64,000 bases of DNA. Origin: a virus. Lineage: Duplodnaviria > Caudoviricetes. Position 1 is the first letter of the stretch; each line of letters starts with the position of its first letter. Position numbers and translations under genes: made by a program. The stretch spans positions 1 through 64,000 of IMG/VR virus record IMGVR_UViG_3300017700_000721; one strand, 5' to 3'. This document shows positions 7,766 to 16,157 of the stretch, one piece after another. The notes beneath the pieces were generated by a model. The model saw only the letters and a program-made list of their open reading frames with translations, had not been told where the DNA came from and did not search any database.

Positions 7766-8065
7766 TTACCTCCGGTGGGTGTTGGCGAAGCCGCTGAACA
7801 TGGCGCGCATGTTGCTGCGACGGGTTGTAGGACGAGGGGTCGGGAAGTCACCGATCTTCTTGATCTCGCACTGGACGATGCCCGTCTCCTCCTTCATCAG
7901 GGCAGCGAGCTCGCCGATCGTGTTGGCCTCGAAGGTGGCACGAACGCGGCGGCTTCCTTCGGCGCCGGTCATGAGAACTCCGCCGAGGGTGTATTGCGCG
8001 TCGCGGTCAGCGTGAAGGCTCTTGACTTCGAGGACCGGGTTCTCGTTGGAGGTGTTGAAGGCCAT
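7766..8065 (-). CDS. Hypothetical early protein
   Basis: AAGGAG SD after promoter. Confidence 0.75.
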   Translation of the reverse strand: MAFNTSNENPVLEVKSLHADRDAQYTLGGVLMTGAEGSRRVRATFEANTIGELAALMKEETGIVQCEIKKIGDFPTPRPTTRRSNMRAMFSGFANTHRR

Positions 8066-8089
8066 CTGTCTCTCCTTGTTGATGTCACT

Positions 8090-8118
8090 ATTATAGCACA
8101 GCTAGGGACAGATGTCAA
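8090..8118 (-). promoter_or_regulatory. sigma70-type promoter
   Basis: TTGACA-17-TATAAT. Confidence 0.9.
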
Positions 8119-8135
8119 CAAGAGAAGTTATGCTC

Positions 8136-8342
8136 TTAGCGCGTTCCTGGTATGCGCCGGACGATGACGGTTGTCGGTGTCCTCGTCATCCGCTCTATGG
8201 CTTTGTTGGCCGCATCCTCAGTCGGGTAGAACCCCATTGTGGAGTTGACCGTCTTCCAGGCGCCTTTAATGCCCCAGGTCACGGAGCCGTTCCGGTTGGT
8301 CATAGGGACGGCTCCGTAAACGGCAGGCTTACGAGCCGGCAT
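8136..8342 (-). CDS. Hypothetical protein
   Basis: MPARKPAVYG...; purine-rich SD. Confidence 0.6.
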   Translation of the reverse strand: MPARKPAVYGAVPMTNRNGSVTWGIKGAWKTVNSTMGFYPTEDAANKAIERMTRTPTTVIVRRIPGTR

Positions 8343-8589
8343 CTTCCTTCTCCAGCTGCTTGGCCTCGAACTCCTCGATAGCCTCGTCCAACTGATCATC
8401 GTATTCAGCCTGCCAGACCTCGTCTTTCGTGACCTCGGTGATGATCTCGCTGGGGAACTGGTTGGGAGCGGTCGCACAGAACCGCTCCAAGAAGGCGTCG
8501 GCTTGAGCCTTGGCGTGGTCCATCATCGCCCGCTTCTGCTGAGCGGAGCGGCCGGAGACAATCTCGTCTTCACGTAGGTTGCGGGTCAT
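8329..8589 (-). CDS. Hypothetical acidic protein
   Basis: 86-aa ORF with acidic C-terminus. Confidence 0.7.
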   Translation of the reverse strand: MTRNLREDEIVSGRSAQQKRAMMDHAKAQADAFLERFCATAPNQFPSEIITEVTKDEVWQAEYDDQLDEAIEEFEAKQLEKEDAGS

Positions 8590-8599
8590 TTTCTGTTCC

Positions 8600-8839
8600 T
8601 TACTGTTCCGGGTTGATGCTGTGCTTGGTGTCCAGCCATGTGAACTTGGGGTCCATACCCACGGGAACCACCTGATTGTTTAGAAGGTCTACCATGCTAG
8701 GCATGAAGCGCTCGTAGGTTGGGTGATCGTCATCGTACCGTTCGTAAACCCGTACCAACCAAGTGAGCAAGATCGGGCTCATCTGCAGGTGAATTATGAT
8801 CATCCCACGAATGTAATGGTCGGGTTTGGGCTCACTCAT
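8600..8839 (-). CDS. Hypothetical protein
   Basis: MSEPKPDH... tiling ORF. Confidence 0.6.
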   Translation of the reverse strand: MSEPKPDHYIRGMIIIHLQMSPILLTWLVRVYERYDDDHPTYERFMPSMVDLLNNQVVPVGMDPKFTWLDTKHSINPEQ

Positions 8840-9131
8840 TGTCGTAGGCCTTCTCGTGTCTAGCGTCCCAATCCTTCTGTAGCGAGAACTGGTTGGATCC
8901 ATCTTGTTTGGCCTTGATAGAGGCTCGGGCTGCTTTCAGCGCGCCGGTCTTGGTCCGGAACGGATATCCTGTGTGACCGTAGTTGTCCTGCACCCCGATG
9001 ATGTAGTTGCAGAACCAGGTTCTGGTCGGGATGAAGCTCGCGCCGTCGTCCCCGTCCATCTTCTCGATGAGATCAACGGCCTTGGCGTTCGGGTTCTGGG
9101 CACGATCCCAGACGGCGCTGTAGTTGGTCAT
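8832..9131 (-). CDS. Hypothetical early protein
   Basis: GAGGAG SD after promoter. Confidence 0.75.
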   Translation of the reverse strand: MTNYSAVWDRAQNPNAKAVDLIEKMDGDDGASFIPTRTWFCNYIIGVQDNYGHTGYPFRTKTGALKAARASIKAKQDGSNQFSLQKDWDARHEKAYDNE

Positions 9132-9156
9132 TCTGATGTCTCCTCGTTGATGCCCT

Positions 9157-9185
9157 ATTTTAGCACACTAGGGGCGTGGTGTCAA
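9157..9185 (-). promoter_or_regulatory. sigma70-type promoter
   Basis: TTGACA-17-TAAAAT with TG extension. Confidence 0.85.
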
Positions 9186-9214
9186 CAAGAAATGTATGCG
9201 CTAGTGCATTCTAG

Positions 9215-9601
9215 CTATGCACTAGGTACGTCAATCTCGTCCGCGATCTTCGCAAAGATCATCTTCTTGGCCAGCATTTCGAGGACTCGGCGGGCGGCGT
9301 TCTGCTCCTTCCGCTGATGACTCTCGAAACGAGCTGCGTAGGTTGATCCTTCGACCGCGTCGACAAGGATCGCCTTGTCAAGGTCCGTGAAAATCGGTGG
9401 GATGGTCCTGTCGTTCGCCCCAACTAGAATAGCCAGGTGTTGGGCCCGCTCGAGCACTTCTTCGTAGGTGTCGGAGACTGTTGGCTTCTCTCCTGGGAAT
9501 GCGTCCGTGAGGGCCGAGGCGATGCAGTCCGGCAGATTGAGCCGGTCCATAATTGCAGCATGTTCGTTCGGTGAGAGACGCACGTGGTCGGTTCCGGTCA
9601 T
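9215..9601 (-). CDS. Hypothetical protein
   Basis: 128 aa, AGGAG SD. Confidence 0.75.
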   Translation of the reverse strand: MTGTDHVRLSPNEHAAIMDRLNLPDCIASALTDAFPGEKPTVSDTYEEVLERAQHLAILVGANDRTIPPIFTDLDKAILVDAVEGSTYAARFESHQRKEQNAARRVLEMLAKKMIFAKIADEIDVPSA

Positions 9602-9610
9602 GATTGGCTC

Positions 9611-9751
9611 CTAGTGCACGGTCTTCGGCGGAACGTACCGCTTCACAAACTCTTCTTTGTCCGGGCAGTTACGCCCAAACCAGCGGTGCATGCCGGTTAC
9701 CAACTCGAAAGCGTATTCCATCTTGATTGCGATCAGAACTTGCTCGAACAT
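9611..9751 (-). CDS. Small early protein (46 aa)
   Basis: GAGGAGG SD; MFEQVLIAIKMEYAFELVTG... Confidence 0.65.
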   Translation of the reverse strand: MFEQVLIAIKMEYAFELVTGMHRWFGRNCPDKEEFVKRYVPPKTVH

Positions 9752-9775
9752 AAACCCTCCTCAGGCTACCATACA

Positions 9776-9804
9776 ATTATAGCATATTCGGAGGCATTTG
9801 TCAA
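9776..9804 (-). promoter_or_regulatory. sigma70-type promoter
   Basis: TTGACA-17-TATAAT. Confidence 0.9.
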
Positions 9805-9819
9805 CTATTCATTTCAGAC

Positions 9820-9862
9820 AAAAGAAAGGGCCGCCCGTCCCCGTGACTTAAGCGACCCTTTC
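9820..9862 (-). terminator. Intrinsic terminator
   Basis: GAAAGGGUCGC/GCGGCCCUUUC stem followed by U-tract. Confidence 0.75.
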
Positions 9863-10340
9863 CGTCTACCCATAAATGCACTGGCATGTGCTGCCTGGCG
9901 CTAGCTACAGGCCGTCCAGTGGGGCTGTTGCCCCTTGCCATCGGCGTGATGGGCGACATACGGGGAACTTGGTGAGAGGTTCTTGCTCGACGGCTGTGGC
10001 CGGAGCGCTCTCGACGATACAGTAAAAGAACGCTTCGCCCCGGAAGTAGGTTGATGCCGCGATTACGCGGAGCAGGCTGGGCCGGGTGACGTTCAATCTC
10101 ATCTACCGCCTTAGGCCGCACACTGTCTCTCGACAATGGCGGCCTTGATAAGGTGGGAGTGAGAAGGCGGATTGCAGCGGCCCTTCTACTATCCCTATGT
10201 GCCGCTTTACTGCTCCTTCATTCACTTTCTCCTGGGCCTCGGCCCGGTTCAGGTCTTTGGCTGCTTGTCTTCCACCTGGCTGCCCCTAGAGAACGGGGCG
10301 CCTGTCTGGTGTAGGACGCCGGCGCCGGCAGATCAGGTGC
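9820..10340 (-). ncRNA. Putative large structured RNA (~520 nt) downstream of a leader ORF
   Basis: No credible ORF; AGGCCGC-CAUUGUC-GAGA-GACAGUG-U-GCGGCCU hairpin (10113-10145), CACCUG/CAGGUG, GGAGCAG/CUGCUCC long-range pair, GGGGC-AACA-GCCCC, ends in terminator. Confidence 0.6.
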
Positions 10341-10389
10341 GGTCGAGCTTGGAATTCACACAAACCATGAGCCCGGTGAAACTTCGCAT
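10333..10389 (-). CDS. 18-aa leader/micro-peptide
   Basis: AAAGGAGG SD then MRSFTGLMVCVNSKLDRT*. Confidence 0.5.
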   Translation of the reverse strand: MRSFTGLMVCVNSKLDRT

Positions 10390-10459
10390 GTAAACCTCCT
10401 TTCTTTCCTTTGCACACCCGAGAACTGAGATGGAAACATGCCGGGTGTCTGCTTGCCCC

Positions 10460-11032
10460 TTATCTTACAGCCTCCAGCCTTCCGATCAAAGAGGGAAGCC
10501 TCATCTTGACCTGTACGAGGACTTGCTCGAGAGGGGTGTTGAAGATCTCGGGCTCCTCCACCCAGAACCGCTGAACAGCCTTCCAGCACTCGCCGGCCAT
10601 GTTCAGACCGTTGCGATCCTCACCCCATCCCCAGAAGGGGTCACGCCAGCTGTTCTCGATCGGCATCTTGTCACCGAGCTGGGAGAGCTTGTGCTGTACG
10701 TAGGTATGCTGGTGCGCTTTGCAGAACATGAGCACGGCCATCACTGGGACTTTGATCATGTCCCATTTCGGGTTGCGGTCCGCCTTGTATTCCTGCGCGA
10801 TCTTAAAGGCATCGTGAGCGGAGCGTGCCTTTAGAATATACTGCTGGGCCAGGAAGGCTGCGGGGGTCGGGCGGCTGTCGTAATGGAACTTCTCCCAGTG
10901 GTACGTGTGCTCGAGGGTGTCGAAGTCGTTGCCTCGCCAATTCAGCCGGAAGGCGGAGAAGTTCGAGAAAGGATAAAAGTCCTGCTCGTAAAAGAACGCC
11001 TGCTTCTCATTGTCGAGCGTAAGACGGGTCAT
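10460..11032 (-). CDS. NADAR family protein (YbiA-like)
   Basis: PFSNF, TLEHTYHWEKF, W...K..VM, IENS.RDPFWG.G.D..G.N..G motifs. Confidence 0.9.
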   Translation of the reverse strand: MTRLTLDNEKQAFFYEQDFYPFSNFSAFRLNWRGNDFDTLEHTYHWEKFHYDSRPTPAAFLAQQYILKARSAHDAFKIAQEYKADRNPKWDMIKVPVMAVLMFCKAHQHTYVQHKLSQLGDKMPIENSWRDPFWGWGEDRNGLNMAGECWKAVQRFWVEEPEIFNTPLEQVLVQVKMRLPSLIGRLEAVR

Positions 11033-11385
11033 TGTTTCGCTCTCAGCCAGGGCATTGGACCCTGGTCCACTGGTTCGTTGTACCACCCTTCAACATACAC
11101 TGCCATTGGCTGCCAGTTCGGCCGTTTGTCATCAGCACTGGAGCGCATGAAGGTTACACCCCTAGGGTCCATCCACTTACATACGTCGGCAATCCAGTCG
11201 CGGATTGAGGACTGCACCTGATCCGCATCCTCAAACTCCAGTGGGTCGAACTCTCGCTTGAATGTATAGTCGGGAGGTGCACATCCTTCGTCTGCCCCAA
11301 GGTCCACTTCCGTCCAGTCGGGCGGCTTCGGAGGCAGACTCAGTCTTGCCGCCCTGTCTCGGAGCATGTCGGTGAACTTGCTCAC
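11029..11385 (-). CDS. Hypothetical protein
   Basis: 118 aa, coupled. Confidence 0.7.
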   Translation of the reverse strand: MSKFTDMLRDRAARLSLPPKPPDWTEVDLGADEGCAPPDYTFKREFDPLEFEDADQVQSSIRDWIADVCKWMDPRGVTFMRSSADDKRPNWQPMAVYVEGWYNEPVDQGPMPWLRAKQ

Positions 11386-11756
11386 CTAGCGATCCTCTGA
11401 GGCACGGCCGGGCTACCGTCGGCCTTCCTCACGTGGATGCAGAGGCAGTCAGAACCTGCTTCGAACTCCTTGCACATGTCGGGCCTTGTCTCGTAGGTTC
11501 CACAGCGCCCGTTTGGAAGAAGAGCGCGACACGCCCAGAACCACATACGAGGTTGACCGTCTAATTCCAAGGGCACGGTCAGTGGACGCAAGGCCTCAAA
11601 GAGAGGCCCGTGACGCTCCATTCCTGCGCCGTGTGACACTAAGTAGGCTTCAGCTTCTTGCCTGTCTGTGATCTCGAAAGGAATACGAAGGCTGATCGGG
11701 ATAGCCCGGCAGCACGACCCCGGTGCAACACAGAGGTCGCAAGAGATCTCAGCCAT
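11382..11756 (-). CDS. YkgJ-family cysteine-cluster (Zn/Fe-chelating) protein
   Basis: CDLC...SCCR, C..L...RC..YE.RP.MC..F. Confidence 0.85.
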   Translation of the reverse strand: MAEISCDLCVAPGSCCRAIPISLRIPFEITDRQEAEAYLVSHGAGMERHGPLFEALRPLTVPLELDGQPRMWFWACRALLPNGRCGTYETRPDMCKEFEAGSDCLCIHVRKADGSPAVPQRIAR

Positions 11757-12006
11757 AGAACTTCTTCAGTTCTGTGTCGGTGGGATGTTGGTCAAGGTTG
11801 ATGCGCCGGAGCGGGTGTGCGATGCCCTCGCTCAACAGCTGGTCCTCGTCTGAACGAAAGCGGAACCGGAGGTCTGCCTCGTTCATTGCGTCCAGAATCT
11901 GGAGGTGGAAGTCAGCTTCGATTGCGGCATCGCACCAATCAGACTTGTCTCTATCAAGCAGCACGGGACCCTGCTTCCAGATCAGGCGTAGGTTCGCTCC
12001 CATCAT
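11749..12006 (-). CDS. Hypothetical protein
   Basis: ATGA coupling; shares DW..AA..ADF.L motif with neighbour. Confidence 0.65.
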   Translation of the reverse strand: MMGANLRLIWKQGPVLLDRDKSDWCDAAIEADFHLQILDAMNEADLRFRFRSDEDQLLSEGIAHPLRRINLDQHPTDTELKKFYG

Positions 12007-12263
12007 CGAGGCTGGGAGCCGCCGCTGAGCCACAGGAGGTCTCCTTCCGTTGCGTATCGCATTGGCTGAGAGGTTGCTTCAGCCAGACGATGATCCCGCT
12101 CCACGAGCTCATAGTCCTTGCGGCGCAGCTTGTCAGGCGGAGGGTTGAGCTCAAGCAGGAAGTCTGCGTTGACGGCTGCCTCCAGCCAATCCCGTCGATC
12201 TTTCTCGTCAAACTGACGACGCAAGTTGGCAGGACGGGGCTGTCCGAAGCGATGTCGGTTCAT
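12003..12263 (-). CDS. Hypothetical protein
   Basis: ATGA coupling. Confidence 0.65.
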   Translation of the reverse strand: MNRHRFGQPRPANLRRQFDEKDRRDWLEAAVNADFLLELNPPPDKLRRKDYELVERDHRLAEATSQPMRYATEGDLLWLSGGSQPR

Positions 12264-12454
12264 CTTCCTTGCATCCTTCGAAGGGCTCTCGGCTTGATCT
12301 TCTTGTTCGGCAGGTACTTGTGCCCGTCCTTTTTGTTGGCCCGAGGCGGAGGGTAAAAGGAAGGCTGTTTCTCGCTTGGCTCCGGTACGTGGAGTGTCCT
12401 CGGCAAGCCGGTCAACATGAGCGATGCTGCTGCGAGGATTGCGTGGCGGTTCAT
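12260..12454 (-). CDS. Hypothetical basic protein with hydrophobic N-terminus
   Basis: MNRHAILAAASLML...; ATGA coupling. Confidence 0.6.
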   Translation of the reverse strand: MNRHAILAAASLMLTGLPRTLHVPEPSEKQPSFYPPPRANKKDGHKYLPNKKIKPRALRRMQGR

Positions 12455-12540
12455 TTCAGGGTCTTGTAGATCGCTGCTGTGATCATTACAAAGAGGACAA
12501 TCGTGAAGAACGCCCAGAAAGCAGATTCGAGGAAGCTCAT
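12451..12540 (-). CDS. Single-pass membrane micro-protein (29 aa)
   Basis: MSFLESAFWAFFTIVLFVMITAAIYKTLK; ATGA overlaps at both ends. Confidence 0.65.
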   Translation of the reverse strand: MSFLESAFWAFFTIVLFVMITAAIYKTLK

Positions 12541-12629
12541 TTCCAGCGGTGAGCCAGATAGAGGAAGATGTAAGCCAAGGCGCCAATGAGTCCAGCGCCT
12601 CCGATGAGTCCGATTGCGAGCGGGGTCAT
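12537..12629 (-). CDS. Single-pass membrane micro-protein (30 aa)
   Basis: MTPLAIGLIGGAGLIGALAYIFLYLAHRWK; ATGA overlaps at both ends. Confidence 0.65.
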   Translation of the reverse strand: MTPLAIGLIGGAGLIGALAYIFLYLAHRWK

Positions 12630-12778
12630 TTTCGGGTTGCCTTCCAAATAGCTATTGCGACAACTACAAATACCCCGAGGCAAGTTACCAGAAAGATGCC
12701 TGCGTCAGATATTGAGGACCCTTGGACACAGAGCACCTGGCCGCATGTGACTAGGCTGTGTCCCACGTAGTAGGTCAC
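12626..12778 (-). CDS. Small membrane protein (50 aa)
   Basis: GTGA/ATGA coupled; C-terminal TM then WKATRK. Confidence 0.6.
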   Translation of the reverse strand: MTYYVGHSLVTCGQVLCVQGSSISDAGIFLVTCLGVFVVVAIAIWKATRK

Positions 12779-12999
12779 TGGTCAGTCCAAAGCTTGTTGC
12801 TGGCGAATTGCTCCATTTCCCTGGGACCAAGGGAGCATATGATCTCGTCATGAAGGCACAGGCAGATGTACGGGTCGCCTTGCTCTCCGGCGTGGTACTC
12901 CGGTCGGCGCCTTATCTCCAGGGTGAAGGCGTCTCGAAGGGCTTGGATCAAGAGAGGATCCTTGAGGAAGCTTGCAATCTGGTCAGTGGAGAGGTTCAT
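12775..12999 (-). CDS. Hypothetical protein
   Basis: MNLSTDQIASF...; TGATG coupling. Confidence 0.6.
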   Translation of the reverse strand: MNLSTDQIASFLKDPLLIQALRDAFTLEIRRRPEYHAGEQGDPYICLCLHDEIICSLGPREMEQFASNKLWTDQ

Positions 13000-13178
13000 C
13001 AGATCCGCCGCTTCATGGCAGCCAGGAAGGCGATGATCCCCAACATGACTATGGCGAGCGACATAAAGGTGATTGCGTCGACGTGGTGCCCAGATCGGTT
13101 GGCCACGAGTGACACGGCGAGGGCACCAATGAAATCGAAGAAGCCCAGGCACATAAGGAAGTTGATCGCGGTCTTCAT
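12999..13178 (-). CDS. Two-TM small membrane protein (59 aa)
   Basis: MKTAINFLMCLGFFDFIGALAVSLV...SLAIVMLGIIAFLAAMKRRI; coupled at both ends. Confidence 0.65.
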   Translation of the reverse strand: MKTAINFLMCLGFFDFIGALAVSLVANRSGHHVDAITFMSLAIVMLGIIAFLAAMKRRI

Positions 13179-13414
13179 TCTGACCCCTTTGCCATTCTGA
13201 TGGCTTCTCGGCAGATACTTCGGTCAAGCATCCGCAATAGCGTTACGTAGGTTGCAAACGCTACGGTCCAGCAGAGCCTGCCGAACGACCAATCGCTGGC
13301 TTCCCACCACATGATCCCTATGAAACCAAGCGGGATGTGGATCGTTAGATGGATAAACCTGCCCAAGCTTGGGGACCAGATCTTTGCGATGAAGTCTGCG
13401 GCTTTGGTGCTCAT
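13175..13414 (-). CDS. Small membrane protein
   Basis: Two hydrophobic segments; ATGA coupling. Confidence 0.65.
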   Translation of the reverse strand: MSTKAADFIAKIWSPSLGRFIHLTIHIPLGFIGIMWWEASDWSFGRLCWTVAFATYVTLLRMLDRSICREAIRMAKGSE

Positions 13415-13605
13415 ATTAACACGCAGCGGGGCCAGTCCTGGCACGCCGACTCGTGATAGGTTCCGCAAGGGCATTTGTCCTTATTCTTCGCGGGCTTAGA
13501 AAGGTCCGCAGACGGTTCGTTGTCATGAACCAGATCCACGTTGGTCGGCCGGGAACCTGAGTTCCGGAACTTGCCTCGTATCATGGGCGTGAGCTCGTCG
13601 GTCAC
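13411..13605 (-). CDS. Small Cys-rich protein
   Basis: CPCG..H...C...P.C; GTGA coupling. Confidence 0.55.
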   Translation of the reverse strand: MTDELTPMIRGKFRNSGSRPTNVDLVHDNEPSADLSKPAKNKDKCPCGTYHESACQDWPRCVLI

Positions 13606-13877
13606 AGGTGATCTCCTTCGTGAGCCTTGACTTGGGCCGGGCTCTTGGTGTCGAAGCGCAGGCCGCATTTGACACACTTCTTGAGAAGCCTCTCGTTGGC
13701 GAAGAAGATCTGGTTCTTCATGTCGTTGGCAATCTTCTCCTGGTCCGTAAGTTCACGGCGAGGAGGCTCGGATACGGGACGGCCCTTCTTCACCTTAAGA
13801 GAGGGTTCCGGAACTTTGGATGCCTCGGCAGAACCGTTGATGGCGGCGAGGAGAGCTTCTTGGATTGTCTTAGCCAT
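13602..13877 (-). CDS. Zinc-finger-like protein, probably leaderless
   Basis: CVKCG...H...H; ATG 6 nt after the -10 box. Confidence 0.75.
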   Translation of the reverse strand: MAKTIQEALLAAINGSAEASKVPEPSLKVKKGRPVSEPPRRELTDQEKIANDMKNQIFFANERLLKKCVKCGLRFDTKSPAQVKAHEGDHL

Positions 13878-13882
13878 GACCT

Positions 13883-13911
13883 ATCTTACCATACCCAAGG
13901 CAGGGTGTCAA
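13883..13911 (-). promoter_or_regulatory. sigma70-type promoter (leaderless transcript)
   Basis: TTGACA-17-TAAGAT. Confidence 0.8.
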
Positions 13912-14187
13912 CTATTCTGCGAGCTTGTCTTTGATGTAGCGCTCCTTGTGGACTTCCATCCTACCAAGGAGCCAGATCAAGAGCCATATCCAGGTGTGAA
14001 CCCAGAGAAGACATCCTAGGAGCTTGTCCTGGAATACCAAGGTTAGACCGAAGAACAGTAGGCTCACCAAGCAGATGCCTGCGCGGACTACCTGCAGCGC
14101 CTCGTACTTCTCGAGTGCTTCATCCCGGGTGGCTGCTTTGAGGTTCAACCACTGTACGAAGATGTAAGGCGCTTTGAGCCAGATCAT
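13912..14187 (-). CDS. Membrane protein
   Basis: Two TM segments. Confidence 0.7.
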   Translation of the reverse strand: MIWLKAPYIFVQWLNLKAATRDEALEKYEALQVVRAGICLVSLLFFGLTLVFQDKLLGCLLWVHTWIWLLIWLLGRMEVHKERYIKDKLAE

Positions 14188-14196
14188 GAGGTTTCC

Positions 14197-14445
14197 TTAC
14201 CTTAAGGCCCAAGCATACCATTTCGTGAACAAAGCAGGGCAGAGCGTAGACTCAGGTCTTGTCACGTTACAGTAGTACCAGTCTGCCCCTACCCAAAGGG
14301 TAGCAGTATAGAGAAAGAGGCAAGCCCAGATCACTAGCCACCCTCTCCAGCCCGGCGACGTCAACGGCATGTCCAAGAAACCGCCCGTAGGTTTCCTTGT
14401 CGAGAGCCATATCGCCAACCAGGCGCCAGGATTCGGAGCCATCAC
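14197..14445 (-). CDS. Membrane protein
   Basis: Trp-rich TM segments. Confidence 0.65.
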   Translation of the reverse strand: MMAPNPGAWLAIWLSTRKPTGGFLDMPLTSPGWRGWLVIWACLFLYTATLWVGADWYYCNVTRPESTLCPALFTKWYAWALR

Positions 14446-14771
14446 TTAGGAGGGCCAGCAAGGGCTTTGTGATGGGCCACGACGTCGGCCGGCAGCTTTC
14501 GGGCGAGCTGGGCGATGGTCTCGAGCATCAGCTTGTGGTTCGATCCGCCCTTCGACTTGTTTCGGGTCCAGGTCTCTTCGTGCGTGAGCAGCTTGTGCAG
14601 CGCTGTGTAGAGCTCGATCGAGGGTTCCCAGATGATCTTGCCGTTGCCAGGAGCATCGGTGATCTTGTGCTTGAACAGCTCGATCTTGAGCGGCGCGTTG
14701 TCCGCTTTGTTGAGCTGAGTCTGTAGACGTGACCAAACGGTGTTGCTGATGGAGAAGCGTTCGATTGCCAT
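14442..14771 (-). CDS. Hypothetical protein
   Basis: 109 aa, strong codon bias. Confidence 0.75.
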   Translation of the reverse strand: MAIERFSISNTVWSRLQTQLNKADNAPLKIELFKHKITDAPGNGKIIWEPSIELYTALHKLLTHEETWTRNKSKGGSNHKLMLETIAQLARKLPADVVAHHKALAGPPK

Positions 14772-14780
14772 TGTCGTTCC

Positions 14781-16157
14781 TTAGTTAGGTTTCCAGCCCC
14801 GTTCGTCGTGGTCTGATCTCCAAGATCTACCCTTGGAGATCGGCGTTATTGTTACCTGGTTGCCCGTTGGCATGTTGCGTCGATAGGTTGACATACTCAA
14901 ACGGTGATCGAACTCCGCACGTGTGACCGGCTCGTCCCAGCTGGCGTCAAAGTGAGCTCGGTCCCAGCCGTCGTGGTCAAGTATTGTGATCCCTTTGTAG
15001 TGGCCTGAGTCAAGCCACTCACCTGAGGATTTAAGAGGAGGGTCCGCGGGCTCAGGGTCGGCCATCAGCTTTCCAAGGCGGTCGAGTATGTAATCGTCAG
15101 GTTCTTCCCCTAAGCCTACTCCGGAGTGGCTCGGATCGCGCTGGTTAACGACTGTCGGCTTGGACGGAGGGTTAGCGCGGTACTGGGCGATGGATTGAGC
15201 CGACATGGGCATACTCCCCATCCCGGTCTGGCCTGCCTTGAGCTCCGCTTCCTCAAGTTGCTGTTGCCTGTTCCTACCTAGGACAACCTGGATGTCAATG
15301 ATTGCGGACTCAGGCAGAACTCCCAGACCCGCCCGATCGCGGAATTGGTTGACCTCTTGCGGAGTCATCGCGATGAAGCGATCCGGTTCGGTCGCAAGAA
15401 GGCTTGCCCATTCCTGGGCTGCTATGTCCTCCATGTCCTTCTTTGACAAAGGTTCCGTAGGCCCTTCGTCGAGCAGATCCACAATCTCTTTCTCGGTCGC
15501 GGACTTCTTGCCCTGCTCCTCAATCACGCTGGCCCGGAGCCCTAAGGTCTGACCTGAGTCGGGTGCAGCCAATATTTGAGTTGCTAGGTCAAAAGAAGGC
15601 TCAACCGGAGCAAGCTCGGGCCATAGCTCGACAGGGGTTATCCTGTTGTCGGCGGTGTAGTAGAATTCACCGGCTGCGGTGGCTCGTCTCGTGCTGTCAA
15701 TCTCCGCCAGGGTTAGAGGCCGCTTGTTCGCTAGACCTCGGTTGGCGTTTATGGTGGTTTGGGTGTCGTTAACTGACGCCGCGTTGCGAACCATGATCCG
15801 CGACAGGTCGTTGGCTGCGGCTGTCGATTGGGTGGGGCGCATTGCTCCTTCTTCCACGAGACGCGCTTCGACATCCTGTCGGAGCTGCTCGTCTTCGGTG
15901 GAGACAGGACGGTACATCTTCGGGTCGTGGTACTTGGTCTGTGCCCGACTGATAAAACTGAGCGCCTGGGATTTAAAGCTTGGGCCAAAAGGATCAAGGA
16001 ACACCCGCTCCCGCTGGGTCTCGTCGCCCTGAGGGTTCTTGATTGAGTCCCAGATCGACAGCTCTACGTTCTGAGTGTTCCTGCTAAGAGACAGGCGGTG
16101 CCTGCAGTCCGGAAGCAAGAACGTCAGTTCGTAAACGCGGTTGAGGTCGATCTTCAT
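14781..16157 (-). CDS. Large hypothetical protein
   Basis: ~458 aa; ATGA coupling; C-terminal ILDHDGWDR...W.EPVT..EF..RL module. Confidence 0.8.
   Translation of the reverse strand: MKIDLNRVYELTFLLPDCRHRLSLSRNTQNVELSIWDSIKNPQGDETQRERVFLDPFGPSFKSQALSFISRAQTKYHDPKMYRPVSTEDEQLRQDVEARLVEEGAMRPTQSTAAANDLSRIMVRNAASVNDTQTTINANRGLANKRPLTLAEIDSTRRATAAGEFYYTADNRITPVELWPELAPVEPSFDLATQILAAPDSGQTLGLRASVIEEQGKKSATEKEIVDLLDEGPTEPLSKKDMEDIAAQEWASLLATEPDRFIAMTPQEVNQFRDRAGLGVLPESAIIDIQVVLGRNRQQQLEEAELKAGQTGMGSMPMSAQSIAQYRANPPSKPTVVNQRDPSHSGVGLGEEPDDYILDRLGKLMADPEPADPPLKSSGEWLDSGHYKGITILDHDGWDRAHFDASWDEPVTRAEFDHRLSMSTYRRNMPTGNQVTITPISKGRSWRSDHDERGWKPN

Noticed and set aside
10240-10275. Group I intron Q-like element (AGCAGCCAAAG)
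   Set aside because: No recognisable P7 (R/S) elements and no split ORF that rejoins
10333-10335. Selenocysteine or UGA read-through of the leader ORF
   Set aside because: Read-through meets further UGA stops within 30 codons and gives no recognisable protein; TGA is a normal stop elsewhere
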